A DNA stretch of 64,000 nt from Patescibacteria group bacterium (GCA_041649475.1 JBAZNA010000001.1:197022-261021); one strand, 5' to 3'. Shown: positions 47,980-57,000, counted from the first letter of the stretch. The notes: a model not told the origin generated them from the sequence alone. Numbers and translations: made by a program.

Positions 47980-50382
47980 TTAATTTATTTTATTATCTTG
48001 ATTTAAAATCATGCTCCAAATCATGTCTTGATTTAGAAGCTGATTGTTGATTGTGGCTCCGTTGGAAGCGAGGGTTATGTTGGTTCCATCTTTCCAAACC
48101 GGATGCCAGAGGTCGGGGTAGATTATTTGATTGTCAAAGTTGCTGTCAATGCCGGATTGATTCTGGACTACCAGCTGGTATTTTGAACTCGGCACTGAAG
48201 ATTGGAAAATCCCGGCCCATTTGTTTGCCGGTTTATTTTGTTCCAGGTTAAATGCTTTAAACGGCAATTTGTAAACAAACTGCACTTCACTGGTTTGGCC
48301 CGGCAGAGTGGCAATCCAATTTCCAAAAGCGGTTTTACTGAATTCATTGGTTACCCTGGTGCCTGAAACCGGGTCAATGTTGATTTCTTTTTCAAATTCA
48401 TTAAGCATTTTATCCTCTGTAGTCCACTTATCGGGAACTTTTAAGTGCTGTTCATCGGGCCAGGAAAAGCCGCTGGCGCTAACGAGTTCACTGCCTTGCG
48501 GAACATAGACCCTGATATAATCAATATTCGTCTGACCGTATAATTGTTCTCCGGATACTCCGGTGTGTTCTCTTTTTACCACCACGCTGTCTAAAATTGT
48601 TCCGTCCGGCTGAACCACTGCCTGGTGGCTGATTGTCTGTTTAATTTTAGCATCGCTTTTTTGACCCTGGATGTTGGTATTTACCACCATCAGGTAATCT
48701 TGTCCGGCCGAGGTCTTGAGTATCTTTCCGCCCCAGCCGAAATTATTTATTGTCTCTTCGGTGTTGTTGTTGGTGAAATAGGCCTGGACCTCTTTTTGTT
48801 GTAAGGCCTCATGCAAATTTGTGAGAATCGGCAGAATATCCTGCGGTTTTATGTTTTTTAAATAATCCACAAACATCGGCGCCAGATCCGATAAAATTTG
48901 TTTTGGTTTGTTGTTGGCTTTGTCTGGTCCGTATTCAACGATATTTTGAATGGCCGGCAGGGCATTAGCCGCGGTTAAAGTGAGGTTGTATTTTTGGGCG
49001 GTAACCGGCCCGATAATAGAAAGAATGCGGTTTAAAACTGTGGCATTAATGGCAATGACGCCATCGGCCGTGATGTTGCGGCTGTGTCTGTAAAACCAGA
49101 GCATGTTTTGCGCGCTGGCAGGAAAATCCGGGAACCAATTTGAATCCTGAAATTCCCAGCGCTTATTGATAAATAACAGGGGGGTGGGCGGTTCTACCGA
49201 TTCAGAAAGCTGGCCTTGCAAATCATAAGATCCGCCGGCCGGAACATCCATGTTCGTAATTTTACCATCCACCACGTCCAGCAAAGCGAAACTGCCGGCA
49301 AAGCCCCCGGTCGCCCTTAGTTCTGCCGGATTTTGGAAAACCAGCAAATATCTGCGTAAACCCTTGCCGCCGAAAATTTCCTGCAAGGATTGATTTAAAT
49401 TTGATAAATTTTCCAGATCGCCGGAGAAAGCCGTGAAAATGGTTTTTAATTGGTTGAAAGAATTTTGATACTCAAAAGGCAGAACCTTCGGGTCAACCTG
49501 ACCTAAATTTTTTAGGGCCTCATTGTAGGTGGGAATGGCATACTGCAGATATGCGTTTAAGATGTTCATGCTCTCGGTGAGGGTGGAACTGGGAGAGTTT
49601 TTAATTTCCGCCAATCCTTTGACCATATAAGTGTTGCCGAGAGCAATACTTTGTCCGGCCAGAATTAGTTTTTGTCGGCTTTGAATTTCATTACCAATTA
49701 TTGGTAAAGTTGAAGCGATAGTTTGCACAAGCTGGTGGTTGCTGTTTAGAGTCGCAAGCGCGGCATCAAAGTTTTTCAAAGCATCGCCCAGTGATTTTTG
49801 GGCGTCATCAAGATTGCCGGCCATAATATCGGTGGTGGAATCCTGCAAGGCGATAAAACCTTGGGTGCTGTTTCCAGCCACTTTGTTTACGGTTGATTGC
49901 AGGTCGGTGTAATAGGACTGCGCGCTTGAGGGGAGAATGAATACCAGAGCAATAAGCGTGGCCAAGGCCACGGCGCGGCGGAGGGTGACGTGTTTAAAAT
50001 AATTCTTTTTGATTTTTGGTTTGTGAATTTTAGGAATTTTGGGGGAAAATGAAGGAATCTTAATTGGGGCCTGGTTTTTTATTTTAGGGGCTTCTTCCGG
50101 TTTATGGTGAAAATAATATTCCTGATTTGTGAGTTCTTCTTCCGGAGCGGCAGTGTCAACATTTTTCCAAATGTCATGATGCTGTTCTTTTAAATTGACA
50201 ACATGCGGTGAATCAGGGGAGTTGTAATTGACATGGTGGACAAAAAATTTAAACGGCTGGTTATCCCGTTTTTTTTCCTGGAGTTGTTCCGGACAGGTGG
50301 ATTTGTTGTGCCCAACTCTTTGGCAAATTGCACAGCGCCTAAGCTGGGGTTTTTTGGTTGTTTTTGGCATTTTTTCAAGCAC
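47980..50382 (-). CDS. large hypothetical membrane protein with an N-terminal cytoplasmic CCHC zinc knuckle
   Basis: 800 aa: RCAICQRVGHNKSTCP (C-x2-C-x4-H-x4-C), about 130 cytoplasmic residues, one TM helix, then a roughly 620-aa ectodomain. Confidence 0.45.
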   Translation of the reverse strand: MLEKMPKTTKKPQLRRCAICQRVGHNKSTCPEQLQEKKRDNQPFKFFVHHVNYNSPDSPHVVNLKEQHHDIWKNVDTAAPEEELTNQEYYFHHKPEEAPKIKNQAPIKIPSFSPKIPKIHKPKIKKNYFKHVTLRRAVALATLIALVFILPSSAQSYYTDLQSTVNKVAGNSTQGFIALQDSTTDIMAGNLDDAQKSLGDALKNFDAALATLNSNHQLVQTIASTLPIIGNEIQSRQKLILAGQSIALGNTYMVKGLAEIKNSPSSTLTESMNILNAYLQYAIPTYNEALKNLGQVDPKVLPFEYQNSFNQLKTIFTAFSGDLENLSNLNQSLQEIFGGKGLRRYLLVFQNPAELRATGGFAGSFALLDVVDGKITNMDVPAGGSYDLQGQLSESVEPPTPLLFINKRWEFQDSNWFPDFPASAQNMLWFYRHSRNITADGVIAINATVLNRILSIIGPVTAQKYNLTLTAANALPAIQNIVEYGPDKANNKPKQILSDLAPMFVDYLKNIKPQDILPILTNLHEALQQKEVQAYFTNNNTEETINNFGWGGKILKTSAGQDYLMVVNTNIQGQKSDAKIKQTISHQAVVQPDGTILDSVVVKREHTGVSGEQLYGQTNIDYIRVYVPQGSELVSASGFSWPDEQHLKVPDKWTTEDKMLNEFEKEINIDPVSGTRVTNEFSKTAFGNWIATLPGQTSEVQFVYKLPFKAFNLEQNKPANKWAGIFQSSVPSSKYQLVVQNQSGIDSNFDNQIIYPDLWHPVWKDGTNITLASNGATINNQLLNQDMIWSMILNQDNKIN

Positions 50383-50447
50383 TAAAAATTGCCGATAAAT
50401 ATTATGGTATTATACACCATTTTTACGTTCGGCGCACCCGGCAACTG

Positions 50448-51572
50448 TTAATAAGTTTTGTAGATTTGAAGCGTTCTTTTGGCGGTTTCCAGCCAGGAGT
50501 ATTTTTTGAGGATTTGTTGCGATTGTTGGATCAGATTAAGGCGCAAATTTTGGTTAGTAAAGCCGTTATAAAGGGCTTGAGTAATTTCTTCGGGGTTTTT
50601 GGGATCAAAATATAGCGCGGCGCTGCCGAGAATTTCCGGTAAGCAGGCGCTGTTTGCGGAAATTACCGGCACATGGTGGGTCATAGCTTCCAGTGGCGGC
50701 AGGCCAAACCCTTCATACAAGCTTGGGAACACATATAACATGGCTCCGGAGTAGATAGTGTTGAGTTCATCGTCATTTAGATAGTCAGTGAAGATTATAT
50801 TCTTGCATTGTTTAAATTTTTTGCTGTTAATCAAGCGATCATAAAAATAATTTTTCTTGCCAACCAAAATCAGCTGAAAATTGTCGCCGTATTTTTTTTC
50901 AAAATCATGCCAGGCGTCAACCAAGCCCTCCAGATTTTTGTGCGGATAGGCCACGCCGACATATAAGGCGTAGGGTTTGTTAATGTTGAATTTTTTAAAC
51001 AGTTCTTTGTGTGAGATATTATTTTGTTTTTGTTCCTGGGGCTGGGGGGACAGAAGGGTCACGAATATTTTTTGGAGCGGGATTTTAAGGGTTTTATGAA
51101 TGTCTTGTTTGGTAAATTCGGAAGGGGTAATTATTTTTTTGGCTTTTTTTGATATTTTTTTTATTAAAATTTTATGGGCCTGATGTTTAAGCCAATAAAC
51201 AATCACACTTCGCGTGCTGGCGCGGCGCGTCGGATAATGAAAAAGAATTAAATCGTGAATGGTTACCATAAACGGCCCGTTGTAAAAATAGGGGACATTC
51301 CAATGCGGAAAATGCATCAGATCAACTTTTTGCTGTTTTATTATTTTAGGTATCTTCGTTTGTTCGGCCAATCCGTACCAATAAACATCGGCTAAAACTT
51401 TTTTAAAGTTTGAATTGGCGGGCTGAAACTCTTCAAAATTTTCTTTGCGCAAAAAAATAATATATTCATTGGCTGAATCAATTTTTTCCAGATTTTTAAT
51501 CAATTGTTCAATGTATCGTCCCAAGCCGCCTTGTTTTGGGCCATACATTCTGGCGTCTATGCCGATGCGCAT
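50448..51572 (-). CDS. glycosyltransferase family 4
   Basis: GT-B fold with EGFGLPPLEAM (E-x7-E) motif. Confidence 0.75.
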   Translation of the reverse strand: MRIGIDARMYGPKQGGLGRYIEQLIKNLEKIDSANEYIIFLRKENFEEFQPANSNFKKVLADVYWYGLAEQTKIPKIIKQQKVDLMHFPHWNVPYFYNGPFMVTIHDLILFHYPTRRASTRSVIVYWLKHQAHKILIKKISKKAKKIITPSEFTKQDIHKTLKIPLQKIFVTLLSPQPQEQKQNNISHKELFKKFNINKPYALYVGVAYPHKNLEGLVDAWHDFEKKYGDNFQLILVGKKNYFYDRLINSKKFKQCKNIIFTDYLNDDELNTIYSGAMLYVFPSLYEGFGLPPLEAMTHHVPVISANSACLPEILGSAALYFDPKNPEEITQALYNGFTNQNLRLNLIQQSQQILKKYSWLETAKRTLQIYKTY

Positions 51573-51574
51573 AA

Positions 51575-52720
51575 TTATAAGTTAGTCACTATATTTAACC
51601 AGTTTTTGGCTGTAATTGTCCAGTTGAACTTGGTTGCCTGGGTCAGGCCTTTATTTTTAAAATACATTTTTAGATCGGTGCTGTTTAAGATTTTAATCAT
51701 GGCTTCGGCAAGAGAGCTGGTATCGGTTGGGTTGGTTAGCAGAGCTGCACCCTCGGTGATTTCCGGCAGTGAAGATCGGTTTGAGGTAATAACCGGCGTG
51801 CCCTCGGCCATAGCTTCTATTACCGGAAAGCCAAAACCTTCATAAAAACTGGGAAAGACAAATAATTCCGCCGCTTTATAAAGGGCGGGTTTGTCGGCCG
51901 AGTCAACGTAATCAATAAATTTTATCTGATCTTTAATTGGCGATGATTTTATTCTTTGAAAAATATGTTTATAGCGCCAACCCCTGGCGCCGGCAATCAC
52001 TAAAGAGCAGGGGAAAGCCAATTTTGGGAAAGCTTTCTCATAGGCCTCAATCAAGCCGATAATGTTTTTACGCGGTTCAAGAGTGCCTAAAAATAGGATA
52101 AATTTTTCCGGGAGATTATATTTTTGTTGGATATTTTGCGTGCCATTTGTGGAGGTATTAAAATTAGAATCCAAGCCCGGATATAAAGTTTTAATCTTTT
52201 CTCCGGCTATGGCGTATTTTTCCACTATGTCTTTTTTGGTATTTTCCGATGGCGTCAGAATTACATTTGCTTGTTCGCATTGTTTTTTAGCGTTGACTAT
52301 TTTATGCCAGAGGCGTTGTTTTAAAGAATAAAAATCAGGAAAAAATTCAAAAGACAAGTCGTGAATGGTAAGAATTATTTTTGTTTTATTGGCGAGCGAG
52401 GTGAAGTTAATGTTGGGCGAATAAAAAATATCAATGTTTTGCCTGGAAATCTTGGTTATCAGTTTATCCAGTCGCGGCCGTTTAAATACTTGTAAAGAAA
52501 AGTTAAATAATTTATTGGGCCATCTGGTGGTCACAAAATGCACGTTGTTTTGCTCCCACTTCGGGATAAATTTTGAAACATCAGCATGCGAATTATAAAA
52601 AAGAAAATATTGATTATTTTTATCAATTTCAAAAATAGCGTTGAGGAGTCCGTAGGTATACTCGCCAACGCCGGTGCGAACTAGTGACATTAACGGGCGG
52701 ATGTCTATGCCGATATTCAT
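51575..52720 (-). CDS. glycosyltransferase family 4
   Basis: YEGFGFPVIEAMAEGTPVI motif. Confidence 0.75.
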   Translation of the reverse strand: MNIGIDIRPLMSLVRTGVGEYTYGLLNAIFEIDKNNQYFLFYNSHADVSKFIPKWEQNNVHFVTTRWPNKLFNFSLQVFKRPRLDKLITKISRQNIDIFYSPNINFTSLANKTKIILTIHDLSFEFFPDFYSLKQRLWHKIVNAKKQCEQANVILTPSENTKKDIVEKYAIAGEKIKTLYPGLDSNFNTSTNGTQNIQQKYNLPEKFILFLGTLEPRKNIIGLIEAYEKAFPKLAFPCSLVIAGARGWRYKHIFQRIKSSPIKDQIKFIDYVDSADKPALYKAAELFVFPSFYEGFGFPVIEAMAEGTPVITSNRSSLPEITEGAALLTNPTDTSSLAEAMIKILNSTDLKMYFKNKGLTQATKFNWTITAKNWLNIVTNL

Positions 52721-52785
52721 AAGCGAAATGAGTGAGAGAAATGAAATTATTTATAATTTCATTTCCGAACGAATGAGCTTATATC

Positions 52786-53130
52786 TTAATATAACTTTTT
52801 GTAACTTTCAAAATGTATCTTATCGTCTGTAAAAATTTCTATAACTTTATACTTTCCCTTAGTATAGCTTTCATTATCTTGTTTAAAATGTGTTGCCTCA
52901 ATTATGATTATGCCGGCCTTTGGTTTGGAGAGGTTTTCATTACCGGTTGTTTCAAGGAGCGGCAGTTCGCCATCCAGCCAATACAAACGTTGTCCCTTTT
53001 TTAAAAATGGATAGATCTCTCCGGTAATCAATTTTTCCGGAATGCACTCTTCAATTTTACGATTTCCAGCACGATATTCAGAAATATTTCGCAGGGCCAG
53101 ATCAGGATTAAATTCAAATTTAATACCCAT
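52786..53130 (-). CDS. hypothetical protein within the glycosylation operon (possibly a small cupin-like sugar-modifying protein)
   Basis: 114 aa; no secure motif. Confidence 0.35.
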   Translation of the reverse strand: MGIKFEFNPDLALRNISEYRAGNRKIEECIPEKLITGEIYPFLKKGQRLYWLDGELPLLETTGNENLSKPKAGIIIIEATHFKQDNESYTKGKYKVIEIFTDDKIHFESYKKLY

Positions 53131-53134
53131 ATAA

Positions 53135-54256
53135 TTATTTTATTAAAACTTCCTGGTTCATGCCTTTTTTAAATTCCTCATGTCTGTCATTAATCTTTTT
53201 TTTGAAATTATTTTTAAAATTATTTACGTCAAATTTCAGAGCATGTTCGCGGATTTTGGCGCTGTCCCAATTTTCAAAATTAAAATTTAATAGGGCATCT
53301 AAAAGCGATTCCCAGCTTTGGCTGTGGAAAAATTTACCGGTTTCATTGGAGATAACCGTTTCCGTGGCTCCGCCTTGGCAGTAGGCGATTACCGGTCGGC
53401 CGCTGGCCATTGATTCAATGGCAGTGATGCCAAAATCCTCCAGTTGAGGATGAATATATGCTTTGGCACGGCTAAGCAGATCGGCTTTGGCCGTTTCCGA
53501 GATTTGTTCCAAAAATTCAATATTCGGTTTGGCTATTTTTTTTAAGGTTGATAATTCCGGACCGGTGCCAAAAATTTTAAGCGGCCAGCGCAGACGATTA
53601 AAAGCTTTAACAATTAAATCCGTGCGTTTATAAGGCACAAGTCGTCCGCCGGCTACAAAATAATCGCCGATGTTGGGTTGAATTTTGAAGTTTTGGGTGT
53701 CAACCGGCGGATAAATAACTTCGCTTTCGCGGCGGTAGTATTTATGGATTCTTTGTTGGACTGTTTTTGAGTTGGCTATAAAATAATCAACTCGGTCAAC
53801 ACTCATTTTATCCCAGATGCGCAAGTTATGGACCATGCCCGGTAAGAACAGTTTTATTAATCCATTTTGCCGCAGGTCGGAAATATATTCGCGATGATCG
53901 GCCCATAAAAATCTGGGCGGAGTGTGGCAGTATGAAATATGGAGAGTGCCGGGCGGGGTAATTACGCCTTTGGCAAACACGCTTGAGGTTGAAATAACCA
54001 CATCAAATCCATTCAGGTCTTGGCTTTCCGTGGCCACCGGCATCCAGGGTAAGTACCATTGGTAGCTGGTTCGGCCAAAAGGCAAACGGGCCAAAAAGGT
54101 CTCTTTGATATTTTTATCAGGAAAAGAAGTGATTTTTTTCTTGTTATGAAATAAAACAAAAATCGGCGCTTCCGGCCAGATTTCATGCATGGCTTTTAGC
54201 ACTCTTTCGGCCCCTCCATCTTGTGCCAGATAATCGTGAACAAGCGCGATTTTCAT
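53135..54256 (-). CDS. glycosyltransferase family 4
   Basis: MKIALVHDYLAQDGGAERV N-terminus typical of GT4, and a C-terminal E-x7-E-like region. Confidence 0.75.
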   Translation of the reverse strand: MKIALVHDYLAQDGGAERVLKAMHEIWPEAPIFVLFHNKKKITSFPDKNIKETFLARLPFGRTSYQWYLPWMPVATESQDLNGFDVVISTSSVFAKGVITPPGTLHISYCHTPPRFLWADHREYISDLRQNGLIKLFLPGMVHNLRIWDKMSVDRVDYFIANSKTVQQRIHKYYRRESEVIYPPVDTQNFKIQPNIGDYFVAGGRLVPYKRTDLIVKAFNRLRWPLKIFGTGPELSTLKKIAKPNIEFLEQISETAKADLLSRAKAYIHPQLEDFGITAIESMASGRPVIAYCQGGATETVISNETGKFFHSQSWESLLDALLNFNFENWDSAKIREHALKFDVNNFKNNFKKKINDRHEEFKKGMNQEVLIK

Positions 54257-54261
54257 ATTTT

Positions 54262-55680
54262 TTATAGGGAGCCGGTTTTTCTGATGACAACAAAAGGTGT
54301 TTTAATTAGAATTATGAGATCTAAAAATAAACTCCAGTTTTCTATATAAAATGTGTCCAGCTTTATTTCTTCTTCATAGCTTAAATTGCTGCGTCCGGAA
54401 ATTTGCGCCAAGCCGGTGATACCGGGTTTGATTTCTAAAACTATTTTATGCTTTCTTTCGTAATTTTCAACCTCCCGGGGCTGGTGCGGACGCGGGCCGA
54501 CCAAACTCATTTCACCTTTGAACACATTAAAGAATTGTGGCAATTCGTCTATGCTCCAGCGGCGGATAAACCGGCCAAACGGAGTGACACGCGGGTCATT
54601 TTTGATTTTGTAAATCGGACCGTTTTTTATGCTTTGTTTTTTGATCAGTTCCTGTTCTTTGGCCAAAGCCACGGTGGAAGCTTTTTTGCCAAACTGAATG
54701 CCGTTTGAATCTTTTTGATACATTGATCGAAATTTTAGCGTGAAGAATTTTTTATCGGCTTTGCCGACTCTTTCATTTTTGTAAATCACCGGCCGGCCGG
54801 TTTCAATTAAAATTATTAAAGAGATAATTAAATAAATTGGAGAGAGGATAATTATAAAAAATATACTGCCGATAATATCTATTAGTCGTTTGAAAATTCT
54901 GCCCCAACCCGTCAGCCGCGTTAAGCGCAGTTCAATAATCGGAATGCCGGTGATGGTGGAAACGGCCATGTTGGTGGAAATGGTTGAAAACAAATCAGCT
55001 GAATATTTGAAAGCGATGTGATGTTCGTTGGCAAAATCAATTGCTTCCAACGCCTCTTTTTCATTAGCTTTCGGATCCGTAAAAATTATTTCGTCCGGTT
55101 TTAGTTTTAAAATTGTTGGTTCGCTGGCGACATCAAAACCATCGTAGGTGGCCACCACTTTATAGCCAAATGACTTGTTGAGTAGTGATTGCTTGATTTC
55201 CTGGCCGATAATTTCTTTGCCGATAATAATTGTGCGGCGTAGTCCTACGCCGGCTTTGTGTAGCCAGATTTTTAAACCGGCGGTGAGGATGCGCCCCAGT
55301 GACACAAAGATAATGGCTAAAATCCAACCGACCAAAACCAAAAATCTGGAATCAAATTTTTGCAAGGTGAAAAAAACATAAATGGTGATGCCGGCAAAAC
55401 CGGTGGCGGTGGCCATGACCACTCGGGTGAGATCGCGGGCGAGCTTGCGGTTGGGGTTGGTGCTATATAACCCGGATAAAGCAAAAATAATAATCCAGGC
55501 CGCGGCTGTAAGCAAGACCAATGGCCAGTATCTTTGCCAGGAAAGATTAAACAAAACCGGCCGGATGGCTTTGGCAAAATCAGCAAAGCGAAGCGTGTAG
55601 GCAGTAAAGCCGGCCAGTATCAGCAGGGCAAAGTCAAGAGGAAGTTGGAGTAAGGTAAAAAAGAGTTCAAATTTTTTCAT
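54262..55680 (-). CDS. undecaprenyl-phosphate sugar phosphotransferase (bacterial sugar transferase, WbaP/WcaJ-like priming enzyme)
   Basis: C-terminal KRLIDIIGS...PVIYKNERVGK...TLKFRSM...DELPQF...GEMSLVGPRP signature. The ORF track extends the start to 56025 into cassette g; it is reassigned to MKKFELFF at 55680. Confidence 0.75.
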   Translation of the reverse strand: MKKFELFFTLLQLPLDFALLILAGFTAYTLRFADFAKAIRPVLFNLSWQRYWPLVLLTAAAWIIIFALSGLYSTNPNRKLARDLTRVVMATATGFAGITIYVFFTLQKFDSRFLVLVGWILAIIFVSLGRILTAGLKIWLHKAGVGLRRTIIIGKEIIGQEIKQSLLNKSFGYKVVATYDGFDVASEPTILKLKPDEIIFTDPKANEKEALEAIDFANEHHIAFKYSADLFSTISTNMAVSTITGIPIIELRLTRLTGWGRIFKRLIDIIGSIFFIIILSPIYLIISLIILIETGRPVIYKNERVGKADKKFFTLKFRSMYQKDSNGIQFGKKASTVALAKEQELIKKQSIKNGPIYKIKNDPRVTPFGRFIRRWSIDELPQFFNVFKGEMSLVGPRPHQPREVENYERKHKIVLEIKPGITGLAQISGRSNLSYEEEIKLDTFYIENWSLFLDLIILIKTPFVVIRKTGSL

Positions 55681-55734
55681 AGTTGTGGGCGCGGTGCGCT
55701 TAGGTTGAGTATATTTTACGCCAACTGCCCAACA

Positions 55735-55764
55735 TTGACAAGAGAGCTGTTTTAGTGTTAATTT
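55735..55764 (+). promoter_or_regulatory. sigma70-like promoter TTGACA-N17/18-TAATTT for cassette g
   Basis: Perfect -35 consensus, with AAGGAG RBS 7 nt before the ATG at 55839. Confidence 0.45.
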
Positions 55765-55838
55765 AACGTGCTGTGGCGAAACCATTCTGGCCAAGCCCGA
55801 CAGCGTCTGTAAACACGGTCGTATAAAGGAGACAAAAC

Positions 55839-56504
55839 ATGGCGACCGCAAAACAGATTCCGTTTTTGATGGGAAGGTTGGTGGAGCATCAGTTTTACTT
55901 CTGTGCTTTGTCCACCGCAAGCGCCACGTGGGCGAGCCAAAACCCGAAAGACGCCATTGCCTTGTGCGTGGCGGCGATCGAGAATCGCCAAAAGGAGCGT
56001 CAGTCCGACCCGGCGCCTTCGCCACTCCTCACCTTGGTCGGTGCCGTCGTGATCTGGCTGGCCGTGAGGTTCGTTGCCAGTGAACACCTGGTGAAGAATA
56101 CCGAGAAGAACGCGCCGGTGAAGATTTCCTACATCTTCGATAAGGTCACCGTGTGGTTCCAGGGCAAGATCGAGGAGCGGGTCGAGGGCGAGATGGCTCT
56201 GTGCTGCCATACCCTGAACTCCGACTCGGACGATAACCTCATCATCAACCAGCTCGGCGGCGAGACCAAGGCCGAGACCGCCCTTGCCGAGGTCTTTGCC
56301 TGCTTGGAGAAGCAACCCAACGGCGAGGATGGTGCGCTACTCACTAACGGCCACGCGAACATCTTCTATGTTCGCAACACCGAAGGTGTGTTGTGCGTGA
56401 TCCAAGTGATCTGGCGCGGTGACGGTTGGACCTTCTACACCCGTTCGGTCGGTTCTCTGGACACATGTACCGAGGGCCGCCGGGTGTTCTCCCGCGCCGC
56501 ATAG
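55839..56504 (+). CDS. hypothetical Cys-containing protein with one central hydrophobic segment, compositionally foreign (G+C-rich cassette g)
   Basis: 221 aa (MATAKQIPFLMGRLVEHQFYF...), AAGGAG RBS, terminator GCCCCGCC-N9-GGTGGGGC + T7 at 56521..56555. Confidence 0.5.
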   Translation: MATAKQIPFLMGRLVEHQFYFCALSTASATWASQNPKDAIALCVAAIENRQKERQSDPAPSPLLTLVGAVVIWLAVRFVASEHLVKNTEKNAPVKISYIFDKVTVWFQGKIEERVEGEMALCCHTLNSDSDDNLIINQLGGETKAETALAEVFACLEKQPNGEDGALLTNGHANIFYVRNTEGVLCVIQVIWRGDGWTFYTRSVGSLDTCTEGRRVFSRAA

Positions 56505-56565
56505 TTTGTTCCTTCCTTCCAAGCGCCCCGCCTGTCAGATGGTGGGGCATTTTTTTATCCAAATC

Positions 56566-56594
56566 TTGACAAAACCCCTCATTTGTGCTATAGT
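56566..56594 (+). promoter_or_regulatory. sigma70-like promoter TTGACA-N17-TATAGT driving the ncRNA
   Basis: Perfect -35 consensus, 17-nt spacer, near-consensus -10; lies 10 nt after the cassette g terminator. Confidence 0.5.
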
Positions 56595-56600
56595 TAACCC

Positions 56601-56950
56601 ATTCATAGCGGATGATCGAGCCGACTTAGTCGGCTAGGAAAGTCCGAACACCCAAGATGGCAGTGGGTAACGCCCACCGCTACGGTGGCAACGCCGTGGT
56701 TGGGAAAGTGGCACAGAGACAATTCTAACCCCGACAAGCTCGGGGTAAAAGGTGAAAAGTGTATGGGGGATTTGGTTCTCGAGACCAAAGCTACTATACT
56801 CGGCTGATAGCAATATCAGTTCGTGCTAAACCCTGCCTGGTGCAAGAGCAGCGTTTCGCGGCGCAAAACCGCGGTTCGAAAAGTTCGCTCGCTAGAACGC
56901 GTTAGCAATAACGCGTCCAGATAAATGATCGTCACCTCGCCCCATTTTTA
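56601..56950 (+). ncRNA. rnpB: structured ncRNA with RNase P RNA (bacterial type A)-like conserved blocks; candidate rnpB with an atypical catalytic-domain 3' half
   Basis: No ORF over 72 aa. Blocks in canonical order: P3-like hairpin GCCGAC-TTA-GTCGGC, then AGGAAAGTCCGAAC (cf. AGGAAAGUCCGGGC), GGCAG (P7 5'), P8-like GTGGG-TAAC-GCCCAC, P9-like ACGGTG-GCAA-CGCCGT, P12-like CCCCGA-CAAGC-TCGGGG, then AAGGTGAAAAGTG (cf. GGGUGAAAGGGUG), CTGATA-GCAA-TATCAG, CTAAACCCTGCCTGGTGCAAG (cf. GGUAAACUCCACCCGGAGCAAG), and ACGCGTTA-GCAA-TAACGCGT. Three GCAA tetraloops. The expected P4 3' strand (ACAGAAnCCGGCUUA) is not found. Confidence 0.45.
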
Positions 56951-57000
56951 AACAAAATGGTGCGGAGCACAAAATTCGGCTTATAGCTATGAATAAAAAA

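Noticed and set aside
54262-56025. 115-aa N-terminal extension of the sugar phosphotransferase
   Set aside because: The extension is G+C-rich and antisense to cassette g. Family members start at the first TM helix (MKKFELFF...).
55758-56562. 185-aa, 77-aa and 72-aa antisense ORFs across cassette g and its terminator
   Set aside because: Same GC artefact; G/L/R-rich translation; they run through the terminator hairpin.
56760-56950. Possible tmRNA (ssrA): GGGGGAUUUGGUUCUCGAG start and CCCUGCCUGGUGCAAGAGCAGCG resembling the tmRNA segment CCCUGCCUGGGGUUGAAGCG
   Set aside because: There is no tag-peptide reading frame ending in ...ALAA-stop, no T-arm GGTTCGAATCC and no acceptor or CCA end. The same block aligns better to the RNase P P7/P10-P11 junction as part of the larger RNase P-like RNA.
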